Part shown: piece by piece, positions 26,469 through 36,324 of the stretch
How positions within the stretch are numbered: position 1 is the first letter of the stretch
Layout of the letters: every line of letters starts with the position of its first letter
Source of the DNA: a virus
Strand: one strand, 5' to 3'
DNA: 64,000 nucleotides
Virus genome (UHGV): UHGV-1430452
Position numbers and translations under genes: made by a program
Notes under the pieces: model-generated
Told to the model about the DNA's origin: nothing
Database searches by the model: none
The model's input: the letters and a program-made list of their open reading frames with translations, nothing else

Positions 26469-26720
26469 ATGAGAATAGTATGGAAAGACAGTGCGCCTAA
26501 AACAAAACCTTGGTTGACGTTCAAATATAGAGAACATATCGTTAGCCAATATGGAGATGGATGGATTACCGATATACCTGGTGATAACAATATCTATTTT
26601 CCGAGAGAGTGTGCTTATAATGCAATCGATAAGTCTCTAGGTGGAAAGACACGAAAAGCTAATCCTCAAAGACATAAATTAGGAATAAAAGTTATTGGTA
26701 GAAAGGACGATGTATCATGA
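26469..26720 (+). CDS. small protein, tandem paralogue 1
   Basis: 83 aa MRIVWKDS...GDNN.Y...NAID; GGAGG RBS. Confidence 0.55.
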   Translation: MRIVWKDSAPKTKPWLTFKYREHIVSQYGDGWITDIPGDNNIYFPRECAYNAIDKSLGGKTRKANPQRHKLGIKVIGRKDDVS

Positions 26721-26968
26721 GAATCGTATGGAAAGATAGTCATAAGCCAAAAGAATATGAACCTATGAAATATCGAAATATTTACATCTTCGGTACTCCT
26801 GAAGGATGGGAAGTAAATATAAAAGGAGATAATAATCTATACAAGACTCATTACTGTGCTATGAATGCGATTGATGATTACTTTGGAGATTTTGGAGAAC
26901 GTGGTACAGAAAAACGTAAACGATATGGAATACAAATAATAGGTAAGAAAAATGATGAGACTGCATGA
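26717..26968 (+). CDS. small protein, tandem paralogue 2
   Basis: 83 aa, also starts MRIVWKDS; ATGA overlap with paralogue 1. Confidence 0.55.
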   Translation: MRIVWKDSHKPKEYEPMKYRNIYIFGTPEGWEVNIKGDNNLYKTHYCAMNAIDDYFGDFGERGTEKRKRYGIQIIGKKNDETA

Positions 26969-26977
26969 ATCTCAAAA

Positions 26978-27011
26978 GCCACTTCCTTTTCTGGAGGTGG
27001 CATATTTTTAT
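26978..27011. terminator. bidirectional terminator between convergent genes
   Basis: GCCACTTCC-TTTTCT-GGAGGTGGC hairpin + ATATTTTTA. Confidence 0.5.
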
Positions 27012-27016
27012 CTAGG

Positions 27017-27568
27017 TTAGACATTTCTATTTTCGTATGACGTAAATTTTACATTTGTGTACTCGTTAACCAAAAAGCTACATGCTTCATTAACTGTTTT
27101 AACGACGGATTCCCCTTCTATATAACTCTGATAATTCCTTCTTTGATTTTCAAATTTAAGATCAGGTTCAACCATGGTATCTACACTTAACCATATTAGT
27201 TCCGTAGTATAGTCTTCGGTAAAATATCCTTTTATAAAAACCTCTTTCTTTCCAACCGTTCCGATTAGTTTTATAAACGACATATCATGCTTCGTCAGAT
27301 TAAACGCATATCTTATTCCTTTTACATATTGCCCGCCAAGTTTCCTCGACTTAATTGTTTCATAGTAATTATCTTTATTGTTGTTCTTTTTATGCCACTC
27401 ATCCGATATACAAATCCACATTAAAAGTTCGCTTAAAGTTGCAACCATGGATATGCTATTTTGTTTGTCGCTTGTGCTTAAATATTCATGAAATCTTTTA
27501 TGAGATTCTCTTAATCCATGGTTTATATACATTAGCCTAAATTCTTCGACACTATTCATTATCTGCAT
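27017..27568 (-). CDS. moron-like hypothetical protein
   Basis: 183 aa, visibly AT-rich, bracketed by terminators at 27632-27662 and 26978-27011, GGAGG RBS. Confidence 0.5.
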   Translation of the reverse strand: MQIMNSVEEFRLMYINHGLRESHKRFHEYLSTSDKQNSISMVATLSELLMWICISDEWHKKNNNKDNYYETIKSRKLGGQYVKGIRYAFNLTKHDMSFIKLIGTVGKKEVFIKGYFTEDYTTELIWLSVDTMVEPDLKFENQRRNYQSYIEGESVVKTVNEACSFLVNEYTNVKFTSYENRNV

Positions 27569-27631
27569 TCCTCCTTTTATCGTAATATTCGACCATATAG
27601 GAGAAATTTCCTTTTAACCATATGAAGAAAA

Positions 27632-27662
27632 ATAAAAGGGGCTGTTTTATTCGCCCCAATTA
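27632..27662 (-). terminator. intrinsic terminator
   Basis: GGGGC-N10-GCCCC hairpin flanked by A/T runs. Confidence 0.6.
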
Positions 27663-27664
27663 TT

Positions 27665-27973
27665 TTACATCTTGTGTGAAATCTCCTCGCAATGCTTTTC
27701 CAATGATTTGATTCGTTCTTCGTGACCCTGATTTTGAATTTTCAGCTCGTCTATTTCAGATCCATGATTCGTAACCCGAGTCTTCAAGTTATTAATCATC
27801 TCGGTCAAGAAGTTTATAGTCGCGTTGAGTTTGATTATGTTTTCGTTTAGCTTTTCGATAGGCTCATTTTTAGAATGTTCTTCCTGAGTAATATCCTTCC
27901 TCAGTTTCATATAGAAAGCGAACACTGAGCCTATGACTGTTAAGACAATGATTATAACTTGATTCTCTGCCAT
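27665..27973 (-). CDS. membrane-anchored coiled-coil protein (lysis-associated?)
   Basis: N-terminal TM helix VIIIVLTVIGSVFAFYM then coiled-coil; next to holin. Confidence 0.35.
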   Translation of the reverse strand: MAENQVIIIVLTVIGSVFAFYMKLRKDITQEEHSKNEPIEKLNENIIKLNATINFLTEMINNLKTRVTNHGSEIDELKIQNQGHEERIKSLEKHCEEISHKM

Positions 27974-27975
27974 AG

Positions 27976-28269
27976 TTATTTTTCCTTCGCTGTATTATTA
28001 TCGTCTTTCTTACCTTCTACAAATCTACTAAATCCCTGATGTAGACCTGTAGATGCCAGACCCATAACTGCACCATATACGATGGAATCGACAGAGATGC
28101 CGCTTACTGCCGTATTCAATGCTGCGCCGACAACAGCCAGGATGACTGGAATATCGTCGTTAGGGATACGTTTTAAAAAAGTCGCATGTTTGATGATATA
28201 TCCAACCACCAGACAAGCGACCATTACTACAAGTACGAAATGTTCAGTTAAAATTTTTGCGAAATCCAT
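27976..28269 (-). CDS. holin
   Basis: 97 aa with two to three TM helices and a charged C-terminal tail. Confidence 0.6.
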   Translation of the reverse strand: MDFAKILTEHFVLVVMVACLVVGYIIKHATFLKRIPNDDIPVILAVVGAALNTAVSGISVDSIVYGAVMGLASTGLHQGFSRFVEGKKDDNNTAKEK

Positions 28270-28293
28270 TTTGAATTACCTTCCTTTCTTTTA

Positions 28294-28929
28294 CTAATTA
28301 ACTTTTTCCCATCCAGCAGGATATGCCTCAGGGGAGTACACGTTGTTATCGATAAGTGAAACGTACTTCTCGTTATTGAATGTTATCTTATCTCCCTTTT
28401 TATATGCCGTCTCAGCGTTGATCGGCTGTTTAAATTCTGGATACTCAACGTTAGGATCTGAGATTTCAACATACAAGGACGGAGAAACATCCGGCTTCCA
28501 TTCTTCAGTAGATGTGAACGGATCTGACGCGACAACCTTATAGAATTTATCCTGATAGATAAAGCGATCTCCTTTGCTATATGTAACTCCCACAACATAT
28601 TCCGGATACATATATCTCATAATATAAGCATCTTTGTCAGAAGCTTGTTTAAGTGTAAGATCGAACTGCAACTCTTCAAGTTTCTTAGTTCCTTCTTCGA
28701 TAGCTGCTTCTTTTTCTTTTTCTTTCAGGATATTATTGTAATGCTCTTCGTCATAAACTAGATGGTATTTCTTATCCTCTTCGTTAAGTTTCAAAGCATA
28801 ACAATGTAATTTGGAAAGATCCACAACAGTATCATCGAGAATCGCACAAATATAATTATTGCGTAATTGACGAAGAGAAATGTTAGTTATCTCTCCATTG
28901 ACGTTTTCCGCTTCAACATAAACATTCAT
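28294..28929 (-). CDS. hypothetical protein with C-terminal YxKGD repeats
   Basis: 211 aa; YSKGDRFIYQDKFYKV and YKKGDKITFNNEKYVS repeats. Confidence 0.4.
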   Translation of the reverse strand: MNVYVEAENVNGEITNISLRQLRNNYICAILDDTVVDLSKLHCYALKLNEEDKKYHLVYDEEHYNNILKEKEKEAAIEEGTKKLEELQFDLTLKQASDKDAYIMRYMYPEYVVGVTYSKGDRFIYQDKFYKVVASDPFTSTEEWKPDVSPSLYVEISDPNVEYPEFKQPINAETAYKKGDKITFNNEKYVSLIDNNVYSPEAYPAGWEKVN

Positions 28930-28945
28930 TGCTCATCACCTCCCC

Positions 28946-29281
28946 TTAAACATCAACAGCCCCCGTATAGGAAGGCTGAGTTTTTAACCAATCGTATGCA
29001 TTTTGAATTAGATCGCCTATAAGTAGTTTCTGAGCCTCATCCCATTCAATGCTAAGATAATCCATGTTGGTGTATGGAAAAGATGGCTCTCCTATGATTC
29101 TACCAGCCATATAATCCTTATCGTATTGACGACCTTCTTTATCAATGTACGATTCTACAATAATAGTAGCTCGCTGATTAATTTCTACGTTAATGGCGGC
29201 AATATGATGATAGCTTACTACTACACCATTAGCGGTTTTAATGTTTACTTCTATAGCCAAAATATCACTCCTAAACTCCAA
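28946..29281 (-). CDS. small protein downstream of the fibre gene (possible fibre chaperone), paralogue of 31724..32005
   Basis: 111 aa; shares the SYIDKEG/SYIDEHAR and YDWLKTQP/YEYLKTLP blocks with 31724..32005. Confidence 0.4.
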   Translation of the reverse strand: MEFRSDILAIEVNIKTANGVVVSYHHIAAINVEINQRATIIVESYIDKEGRQYDKDYMAGRIIGEPSFPYTNMDYLSIEWDEAQKLLIGDLIQNAYDWLKTQPSYTGAVDV

Positions 29282-31703
29282 TTACTTGTCTAAGAACAAA
29301 CCTGTTATTGGTATAAGCAACTCCATTGTTTCCCTGTCCGGTATAGTTATTTTCAACCCCACCGGTGAGTTTGCCATCAGATATGTTCAATACTTTAACA
29401 CTCGCATATCCGCAAACTTCAGACATAAGCGTGAAACACCACGGTTTTCCTGAGTATGTAGAAACAGCGCTTTTAGGCACGAAGAAGCTATGTAATCTTG
29501 TATTAGTAGCAGACCCATTATAATAGTCAGAGAATATCAATACGATTCCATGAGGTTGATTTGATACAGGGCTACTAAAAGTTATGGTATGAGTATTACT
29601 CGGCCATAAACTTCCGGTCCATAGTGTATTATTTGTAAACCTTTCGGTAACTGAACCTCTTACAAAGCCATTATCAGCAGTAAACGTCATAGCAGTTCTG
29701 ATACTGTGAGGGGAATATGAATCTGTTGGGGTCATGAGAAAATAATTTTCGCTACTCCCATCAACTTTTCTAGCAAACATTTTTACTGTAGGACTGACTC
29801 CTCCTCTATCCCCTTTAACGCTAACATAAGAAGCCACACCATCGTGTGACTCAAAATTTGCTAACATATCAGCAATATCTGCTCTTAATACCACGCGATA
29901 CTCTCCATCATAGCGGCTAGTGTAAATTGTTTCAGTAGTTGAGGCAGCATTAGCTTCGTATGTAATGATTGGATCATCATCATCTTCGAAATAAACGAGA
30001 ACATCGTCTGTAAATGCTTCATCGTTTTCGATGACTAAAGTACCTTTTACAGTAGATATCTTACCTCTACCGTTATTCATGGATATTACTGTATTATCTG
30101 AATTTTTCCCGAGATCTATTAACGATTCACCAAAAGTAGCCAACTCAGTAATTCCGTTTCTCATTTCGATGTCTGTACTACTAATAAGAATATTTCTGCC
30201 AAGAGTTGATGTTCTCTTATCAGCAACCATAAGTCCATTAGCATCGAAACCGAGGAAGTTTGTAGCGGTTTTAGCAGCTTCTACAGCCTGACCATAAGGA
30301 TCAATCCAGCTACTCCATGTTGAAGTTGAAGTTCCAACACGCCAATATTCTTTTCCAGTACCTTCGACTTTGGCTGTCTGTCTCGGATATCCTCCGCTAG
30401 TATCTTTGTACGGCATATCAGTTCGTAAATGACAGTAAGTCCCTACTCCAGACAATCCTATAGTAGAACAATACTTGAATTCGGCAACTGATGTACTAGG
30501 ATAATTATTTATGTAATATAGCGGCGGGTAATTCGAATTTTTGGTATCTTTTACGTCAAGTCCGTCGCCTTTTGGTCCTTGTGGTCCAGTAGGTCCTTGT
30601 GGTCCTGTTGCGCCTGTACTACCAGTTTCTCCTCGTGGTCCAGTAGGTCCTTGTGGTCCAGTGGCTCCTGTGGCTCCGGTGTTACCAGTAATACATACAC
30701 CATTAGATGATGGAGTATATGATGTAGTGTTGTCTGTGTACGTTACCAGTGTTCTTCTCCAAATATACTTTCCATCAGCCCACGTAGGTTGACTCGTACT
30801 CCATGATCCACCTGTTAATGTTGTCGGGGAATTGGATGAATAGAACTGTTCTTGTGTACTTTTTATGGTAGAACCCAGTGTTACGCTCAATCCATTAGCA
30901 GTCTGTTCTAGAGTAGAGACCTCGCCTTCCAAATCTGTTACTTTCGAACTTAAACCACTGGCAGTCTGTTCTACCGTACTAACCCTGTTTCCAAGAGAAG
31001 TAGTTTCCTGTACATTTGCTTCTATTCTGTCAGCATTTTGATCGATACTGGATTTAGCGTTTGTTAGATCTGTAGTGAGCTTCGATACATCCGAAGTTAA
31101 GCCATCAGCAGTCTGTTCAAGCGTGCTTGTCCTGACACCTAATTCATTTGTGGCGTTCACATTTGCTGTAATACGTTCTCTTTCTATGTTCAGATCAGCT
31201 TCGTACTCCGTTCTGAGGTCATTCACGGCTTCCCATGAACTATCACAAACTGGGCTTGTGTATGCATTTGACGTTGGGTTCTTATACGTAATGAGATATC
31301 TCGTCCATAAATACATACCAGTAGACCAGGTAGGCATGGAAGTTACCCATGACCCGCCTGTCTGTGTTGTTTTGGAAGTGCTTAAATAATATTGCTGAGT
31401 GATGCTATCAATGCCAGTACCAGTAGGACCCTGAGATCCTGTTGCCCCGTCGGTTCCATTCTTAGGTATGTAAGATACTGAATATGTTGTAGATGTATCA
31501 CCCTCTGTATATGTAATGACGGTTCTGCTCCACAAATACTGTCCAGGTGATACAGAGGGGATTGTCGTACTCCATGTACCGTTTGGAGGATTTGTGCCTG
31601 ACGTACCAGCCTGATAAGTTATGACTGTGGATGTAATTCCCTTGCCGTCTATTCCGTCTATAATGTCCGAGATAGTAACCTCGGCTTTAGCTATCACAGC
31701 CAA
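29271..31703 (-). CDS. tail fibre protein with collagen-like Gly-X-Y repeats
   Basis: 810 aa; GATGSQGPTGTG and GATGATGPQGPTGPRGETGSTGATGPQGPTGPQGPKGDG; heptad-like segments. Confidence 0.65.
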   Translation of the reverse strand: MAVIAKAEVTISDIIDGIDGKGITSTVITYQAGTSGTNPPNGTWSTTIPSVSPGQYLWSRTVITYTEGDTSTTYSVSYIPKNGTDGATGSQGPTGTGIDSITQQYYLSTSKTTQTGGSWVTSMPTWSTGMYLWTRYLITYKNPTSNAYTSPVCDSSWEAVNDLRTEYEADLNIERERITANVNATNELGVRTSTLEQTADGLTSDVSKLTTDLTNAKSSIDQNADRIEANVQETTSLGNRVSTVEQTASGLSSKVTDLEGEVSTLEQTANGLSVTLGSTIKSTQEQFYSSNSPTTLTGGSWSTSQPTWADGKYIWRRTLVTYTDNTTSYTPSSNGVCITGNTGATGATGPQGPTGPRGETGSTGATGPQGPTGPQGPKGDGLDVKDTKNSNYPPLYYINNYPSTSVAEFKYCSTIGLSGVGTYCHLRTDMPYKDTSGGYPRQTAKVEGTGKEYWRVGTSTSTWSSWIDPYGQAVEAAKTATNFLGFDANGLMVADKRTSTLGRNILISSTDIEMRNGITELATFGESLIDLGKNSDNTVISMNNGRGKISTVKGTLVIENDEAFTDDVLVYFEDDDDPIITYEANAASTTETIYTSRYDGEYRVVLRADIADMLANFESHDGVASYVSVKGDRGGVSPTVKMFARKVDGSSENYFLMTPTDSYSPHSIRTAMTFTADNGFVRGSVTERFTNNTLWTGSLWPSNTHTITFSSPVSNQPHGIVLIFSDYYNGSATNTRLHSFFVPKSAVSTYSGKPWCFTLMSEVCGYASVKVLNISDGKLTGGVENNYTGQGNNGVAYTNNRFVLRQVIGV

Positions 31704-31723
31704 ATAACATCACTGTCCTTTCT

Positions 31724-32005
31724 CTAAATATCTGTAGCTCCCTCGAATTCAGGAAGTGTTTTAAGATACTCATATGCAAGTTCAATTGTCATATTAGGAC
31801 TATAATCTGTCTCATAAGTCTTGCTCTTTTTATAAGCAACAGAATCGAATGTGTCTTTTTCGTCATTCCTTGCATGTTCATCAATGTATGAGAGAACCGC
31901 TATGGAATTCTGCCGATTGATTGTCGACTGAATAAATAAGATTCTATGATAGTTTGTAGTAACGCCGTCCAGTTGTTTAATAGCTTTACATAATGCCATA
32001 ATCAT
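31724..32005 (-). CDS. small protein downstream of a fibre gene (possible fibre chaperone)
   Basis: 93 aa; paralogue of 28946..29281. Confidence 0.4.
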   Translation of the reverse strand: MIMALCKAIKQLDGVTTNYHRILFIQSTINRQNSIAVLSYIDEHARNDEKDTFDSVAYKKSKTYETDYSPNMTIELAYEYLKTLPEFEGATDI

Positions 32006-32013
32006 CAGTCTCC

Positions 32014-33798
32014 TTAACTAAAAGTAATCTTTCCGTCCCAATATATACCAATAGCATCATTGTTTGTTACATTTGTTGTGTTAGTAAAAACTACTTTAAT
32101 ATAAACACCAACTCCATATGTAGCGTACGTATCATATGAATCGGGTTTCACATAAACAGAAGCAGCCGATCCGTGTGTATACTTAGTGTTCTGCCTTAAT
32201 ACAAAACCGTCCAAACTGGTAGCCGTTGCAGTTGGTGATCCTATTATTGGTTTTGACATAGGAACCCAGAATGAAATATCTCTGCCGGAATTAGTCACAT
32301 AACCAGCAGTTCGTAATGTTATCGAAATGGTATCTCCACGCGAATAATATGGTTTGTATGTACCTGGACTAGCCAAGTCACTAATACCAAATGTTATGTT
32401 ATGACCATAAATATTCGTGTTGCCCGTTCTAGCATCCCAGTTTCCATACCCGACAATAGTATTACCATATTGGTTCTGAGCCTGGAATGCTTCGTGATAA
32501 GTCCCATCGGTAGCATTTTTAGCTATAATGGAATTCGGAGAATCCAGAACCACATCTTGCCTAAAATAAGCTTTATAATTAACATCAAAAGCGTCATTTA
32601 ACTCAGCTGGTTTACCAATTGATACACCTTTTCCTCCAGCTTTAAAGTCGATAGGAAATCTAGCACCACCAAGAGTTTTCTTAACCGATGTAGTACCATT
32701 CTTACTATCAGTTACTTTAATTGTGAATTCATAAGATTTATCAACGTTTAACGCATTATCTCCTACTACTACAGAAGCGCTTCCACTATTACCAGATGCA
32801 GAGATGGTTTTCGTGTTGGTCAACCATGACACAGTTACTGATGTTACCGGGTTTGATCCGGTTAACTGACTACAAGACCAATTAAATGTAATCTTACAAT
32901 AAGTTCCGGTTTCCTGTGTCGTACCGCTTGAATTACAACGAGTAACTTTCACGCTTGATATAGTTGGAGGCTTATACGCAAGTTCCCATACAGCGTAAAG
33001 AGTAATAGCAGCATTTGAAGTATAGTTAGCTCCTGCCGCATAAGCTACAGCACCTGTCGCAGACTTAGCCCAACCTTTAAAGTTATAGTTCGTCCTGGTA
33101 GGTTTAGTAGTTGATAATTTAAGAGTTACACCGTACGTTTTCGTTTGCTGTGCAGGTGCTCCACTTCCTCCGTTAGCATTATAAGTAACTTTGTAAGTGA
33201 TAGCCTGCCATACCGCATAAAGAGTAACACTCGCATTTGCTGTATAACTTGCCCCAGCAGCATAAGCCACACCCCCAGTAGAAGATGTGGCCCAACCTTT
33301 AAATGTATATCCTGTTCTCGTAGGTTTTGTAGACGATAATGTAATGTTTGTTCCATGCCATTTTGTCTGTTGAGATGGAGCACCTGAACCTCCGTTTGCG
33401 TTATAACTAATCTTATAGGAAGTTTTAGCCGCAACCGAGATCGATCCACTGGCAGTCTTAGTTCCAGCGTAGGTTCCGCTCCATGTGAAATTCATTTCAA
33501 AGGAGAACCACAAAGCGATAGATCTTGCTGATGTTCCCTTTGTAATAGTTACGGTTCCACTTGTAATTGTCTGAGAACTTTTACCACCTATGGAGAATGT
33601 TCCAGATTTAACAACTTTACCATCTATTTTGACACTGTAATTTTTCGCAACGCTAGAGTTAACAGTATATCCATGAGTTACCCATTTGAGTGTCCAAGAA
33701 AGTGTGGCAGTGGTTGCAGTACTACTTGACTGAGTTACTACAAGTTGAACCTGCGGACAGGATGAACTACCAAATTGTGCCGTTGTTAAAGTTGCCAT
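32014..33798 (-). CDS. tail/receptor-binding protein with two Listeria-Bacteroides (Flg_new-type) repeats
   Basis: Two copies of Y.(I/V).YNANGGSGAP.QQTK...KPTRT.Y.FKGWA.S.TG.VAYAAGA.YT.NA..TLYAVW. Confidence 0.55.
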   Translation of the reverse strand: MATLTTAQFGSSSCPQVQLVVTQSSSTATTATLSWTLKWVTHGYTVNSSVAKNYSVKIDGKVVKSGTFSIGGKSSQTITSGTVTITKGTSARSIALWFSFEMNFTWSGTYAGTKTASGSISVAAKTSYKISYNANGGSGAPSQQTKWHGTNITLSSTKPTRTGYTFKGWATSSTGGVAYAAGASYTANASVTLYAVWQAITYKVTYNANGGSGAPAQQTKTYGVTLKLSTTKPTRTNYNFKGWAKSATGAVAYAAGANYTSNAAITLYAVWELAYKPPTISSVKVTRCNSSGTTQETGTYCKITFNWSCSQLTGSNPVTSVTVSWLTNTKTISASGNSGSASVVVGDNALNVDKSYEFTIKVTDSKNGTTSVKKTLGGARFPIDFKAGGKGVSIGKPAELNDAFDVNYKAYFRQDVVLDSPNSIIAKNATDGTYHEAFQAQNQYGNTIVGYGNWDARTGNTNIYGHNITFGISDLASPGTYKPYYSRGDTISITLRTAGYVTNSGRDISFWVPMSKPIIGSPTATATSLDGFVLRQNTKYTHGSAASVYVKPDSYDTYATYGVGVYIKVVFTNTTNVTNNDAIGIYWDGKITFS

Positions 33799-35171
33799 TA
33801 TGAATCACTTCCTTTCCAAATGAGACCCATGTTACCGTTACTGCGCTCTGCAAATGCAAATCCGCCAAATGCTAATTCATCCTCAACTTCTGCTTTTCCG
33901 ATTTTTAACGATTGGTTAGTTACATATGCCGGGACGGTTGTACCATCCATGAATTTTATAGCTGTATTGGTGATTAGAACTTTAAACGAACTCTCATTTC
34001 CAAGCTCAATGCACGGTTCGTCTCCATCAGTTGTGATTCGAATATAATTCGTTAACTCTTCCAAACCTGTCACAGCATTTTCCAATGCAGTGATATCTCC
34101 ACCTTGAGCGTCAATATCATTCTCCAAAGACTTTATTCCATCAATAGCATTCTGTAATTGAGTTAAAGTCTCACCCATAGAAAATATCCATCCACTTGAT
34201 GTTTGCTCCATTAACGAAGCTCCGCTACCGTCAACAACCATGGTAGATATTGAATCAGCTATCTGTGAAATCCTAGATTCTGCTTGTTCGATACGTTCAG
34301 TCAATCTATCGGCTGCATCTTGAGCAGCATTTTCCGCTGCTTCTAAGCCATTAGATGACGCTAAATCTTCCGGAGCCGGTGTCCAGTCGGTTGCTTTGTT
34401 TCCGAGTTCGAATTTAACATTTCGAATTTTGCAACCTACCTGTGTTGGACAATATATCTCTATTTTGTTACTACTAATCAAGTCAGTTCCTTCTTCTCCT
34501 TTATCAGCAACGGTAATGTCCAATTCTTGATGTACCCAAGTAGTTCCAACAGCCTGGATTGAATTGTTTATAGTCATTACATATCTGGGTGTTCCGTTCG
34601 TATTATATACATTGCAAGTTGTACTTCCGTTTGGACTAACGATATCAAAACTCATTTTGACTTTTTCCCCAACGAAGTTACTCATAGGAACTGTCAGATT
34701 ATAAAATTGTGAAAAAGAACCTGTATCTTGATATGTTGCTAAGACATATTCATTATTTTCATCAAATGGTAAACCACTACGACCATCACCATCATAATCA
34801 ACGTCTCTTGTTCCGAAATAGTTTCTTCCTCCTATTTCAAGTCCGTCAATCTTATTATTAGTGCTATTCGCAGTGTTCTGTGCATTAACCGCTTTGTTGT
34901 ATGCCTGCTTCGCCGCTTCATACGAGCTCGATTTCGAAACTGACGAATATCTAAAATTCCCATTTGTAAATACAGTACAATCCACGAAATATAAAGTATT
35001 AGTAGATCCAGCACTGTATGAAGGTTCCGTCAATGACCAATTACCGCCTGGCGGATTACTTGTGGGTTTGGCCGGGATGTTGGTAGTAGACGATTGTAAC
35101 AGATAATATCGAGTTACAGATTCTATATCAACGATATGGGATATTGTTATCTCGGCCTTCCCCCTAATCAT
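33798..35171 (-). CDS. tail fibre / baseplate protein
   Basis: 457 aa in the fibre block; coiled-coil segment. Confidence 0.45.
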   Translation of the reverse strand: MIRGKAEITISHIVDIESVTRYYLLQSSTTNIPAKPTSNPPGGNWSLTEPSYSAGSTNTLYFVDCTVFTNGNFRYSSVSKSSSYEAAKQAYNKAVNAQNTANSTNNKIDGLEIGGRNYFGTRDVDYDGDGRSGLPFDENNEYVLATYQDTGSFSQFYNLTVPMSNFVGEKVKMSFDIVSPNGSTTCNVYNTNGTPRYVMTINNSIQAVGTTWVHQELDITVADKGEEGTDLISSNKIEIYCPTQVGCKIRNVKFELGNKATDWTPAPEDLASSNGLEAAENAAQDAADRLTERIEQAESRISQIADSISTMVVDGSGASLMEQTSSGWIFSMGETLTQLQNAIDGIKSLENDIDAQGGDITALENAVTGLEELTNYIRITTDGDEPCIELGNESSFKVLITNTAIKFMDGTTVPAYVTNQSLKIGKAEVEDELAFGGFAFAERSNGNMGLIWKGSDS

Positions 35172-35181
35172 ATTAAGCTCC

Positions 35182-36306
35182 TTACTGCTCTAACTGAGCG
35201 GTATAAACTACAGAATTAGTAACCTCAGCCGCTGATACGCTCAATGTCTTACTGGTTTTAATTGCTGTAGTTGATCCCTGTTTATACCATTTAATACTTC
35301 CAAGAGATCCGCATACTCCGGCGTCCGTGATTGACTGTTCAATAGCGCCTTTAAATACATGAGCTGTTAATACAGTAGAGCCGGAATTGTTCTTAAATAT
35401 AGTTCCGTTTGAGGAAGTAATGGTAATTGTAATAGCATCAGCTCCAGCATTACCCTGAGCACCTGTTGCTCCATGAGTTCCGATGATTGCTGGAGTAGAA
35501 GAAGCTGTCTGACCATTTGTATATGTAGTCTTCTGATATGACCAAATATATTTGTTTGTTGTTGTAGTTGCTGTCGGTGTAGTTGACCATCCACTTGTAG
35601 ATGTAGTCACTCCACTTGATGCGGATGTTGTAAGGTAGAAAGTTTCAACCTTCGATATGCCATTACCTGTAGCACCTGTCTGACCTGTAGCTCCTGTTGC
35701 CCCATGAGTACCAATAATGACAGGTGTGGTTGTGGTCGGAGAACCTGTAGTATACGAAATTTTCTGATAACTCCACAAATATTTGTTAGTTGTTGTAGTG
35801 GACTGCATTGATGTTGTCCATCCGGTAGTAGAAGTAGTAACACCAGAAGGAGATGATGAAGCCAGGTAGTAGGTTTCAACTCCCGTAATACCTTTTCCCG
35901 GAGATCCAGTAGCTCCTGTCTGTCCAGTTGCTCCTGTCTGCCCCTTCATCGCTACCGCAAACGAGAACTTCTTATTTACGGTGATTCCATCCACTACTAC
36001 AGGTATTGTAGCCTCACAAGCTTCTGTAATTGCAGCTGTTGTTGTGAATGTTATTTTCACGGCTGATGTTCCACTGTTTGCCACAGATGCACTAATTCCT
36101 TCTGGACAAGTTATATTAGCTGCTGTAACACTAACCGATGAACACTGATTTGTTCCGCAGAATGCAACAGCTTCTGTAGTACAAGTCAGACCAGTAGCTG
36201 TACCGCTAGTACCTCCAACAAAAGTGTAAGCTTCACTAGTTAACATGACTGAATACGCGTCTGTAACGTCTATAATCGTAATCTGATCAGCTGATCTAAT
36301 TGCCAT
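35182..36306 (-). CDS. tail fibre protein with GxT repeats and internal duplication
   Basis: 374 aa; GQTGATGQTGATG; duplicated block YLWSYQKISYTTG...IIGTHGATGATGQTGATG. Confidence 0.5.
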   Translation of the reverse strand: MAIRSADQITIIDVTDAYSVMLTSEAYTFVGGTSGTATGLTCTTEAVAFCGTNQCSSVSVTAANITCPEGISASVANSGTSAVKITFTTTAAITEACEATIPVVVDGITVNKKFSFAVAMKGQTGATGQTGATGSPGKGITGVETYYLASSSPSGVTTSTTGWTTSMQSTTTTNKYLWSYQKISYTTGSPTTTTPVIIGTHGATGATGQTGATGNGISKVETFYLTTSASSGVTTSTSGWSTTPTATTTTNKYIWSYQKTTYTNGQTASSTPAIIGTHGATGAQGNAGADAITITITSSNGTIFKNNSGSTVLTAHVFKGAIEQSITDAGVCGSLGSIKWYKQGSTTAIKTSKTLSVSAAEVTNSVVYTAQLEQ

Positions 36307-36324
36307 TTTGATTTTCCTCCCTTA

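Noticed and set aside
29271-36306. Diversity-generating retroelement targeting the repeat-rich fibre genes
   Set aside because: No reverse-transcriptase-like ORF is evident anywhere in the window, and the repeats are in-frame collagen-like or domain duplications.
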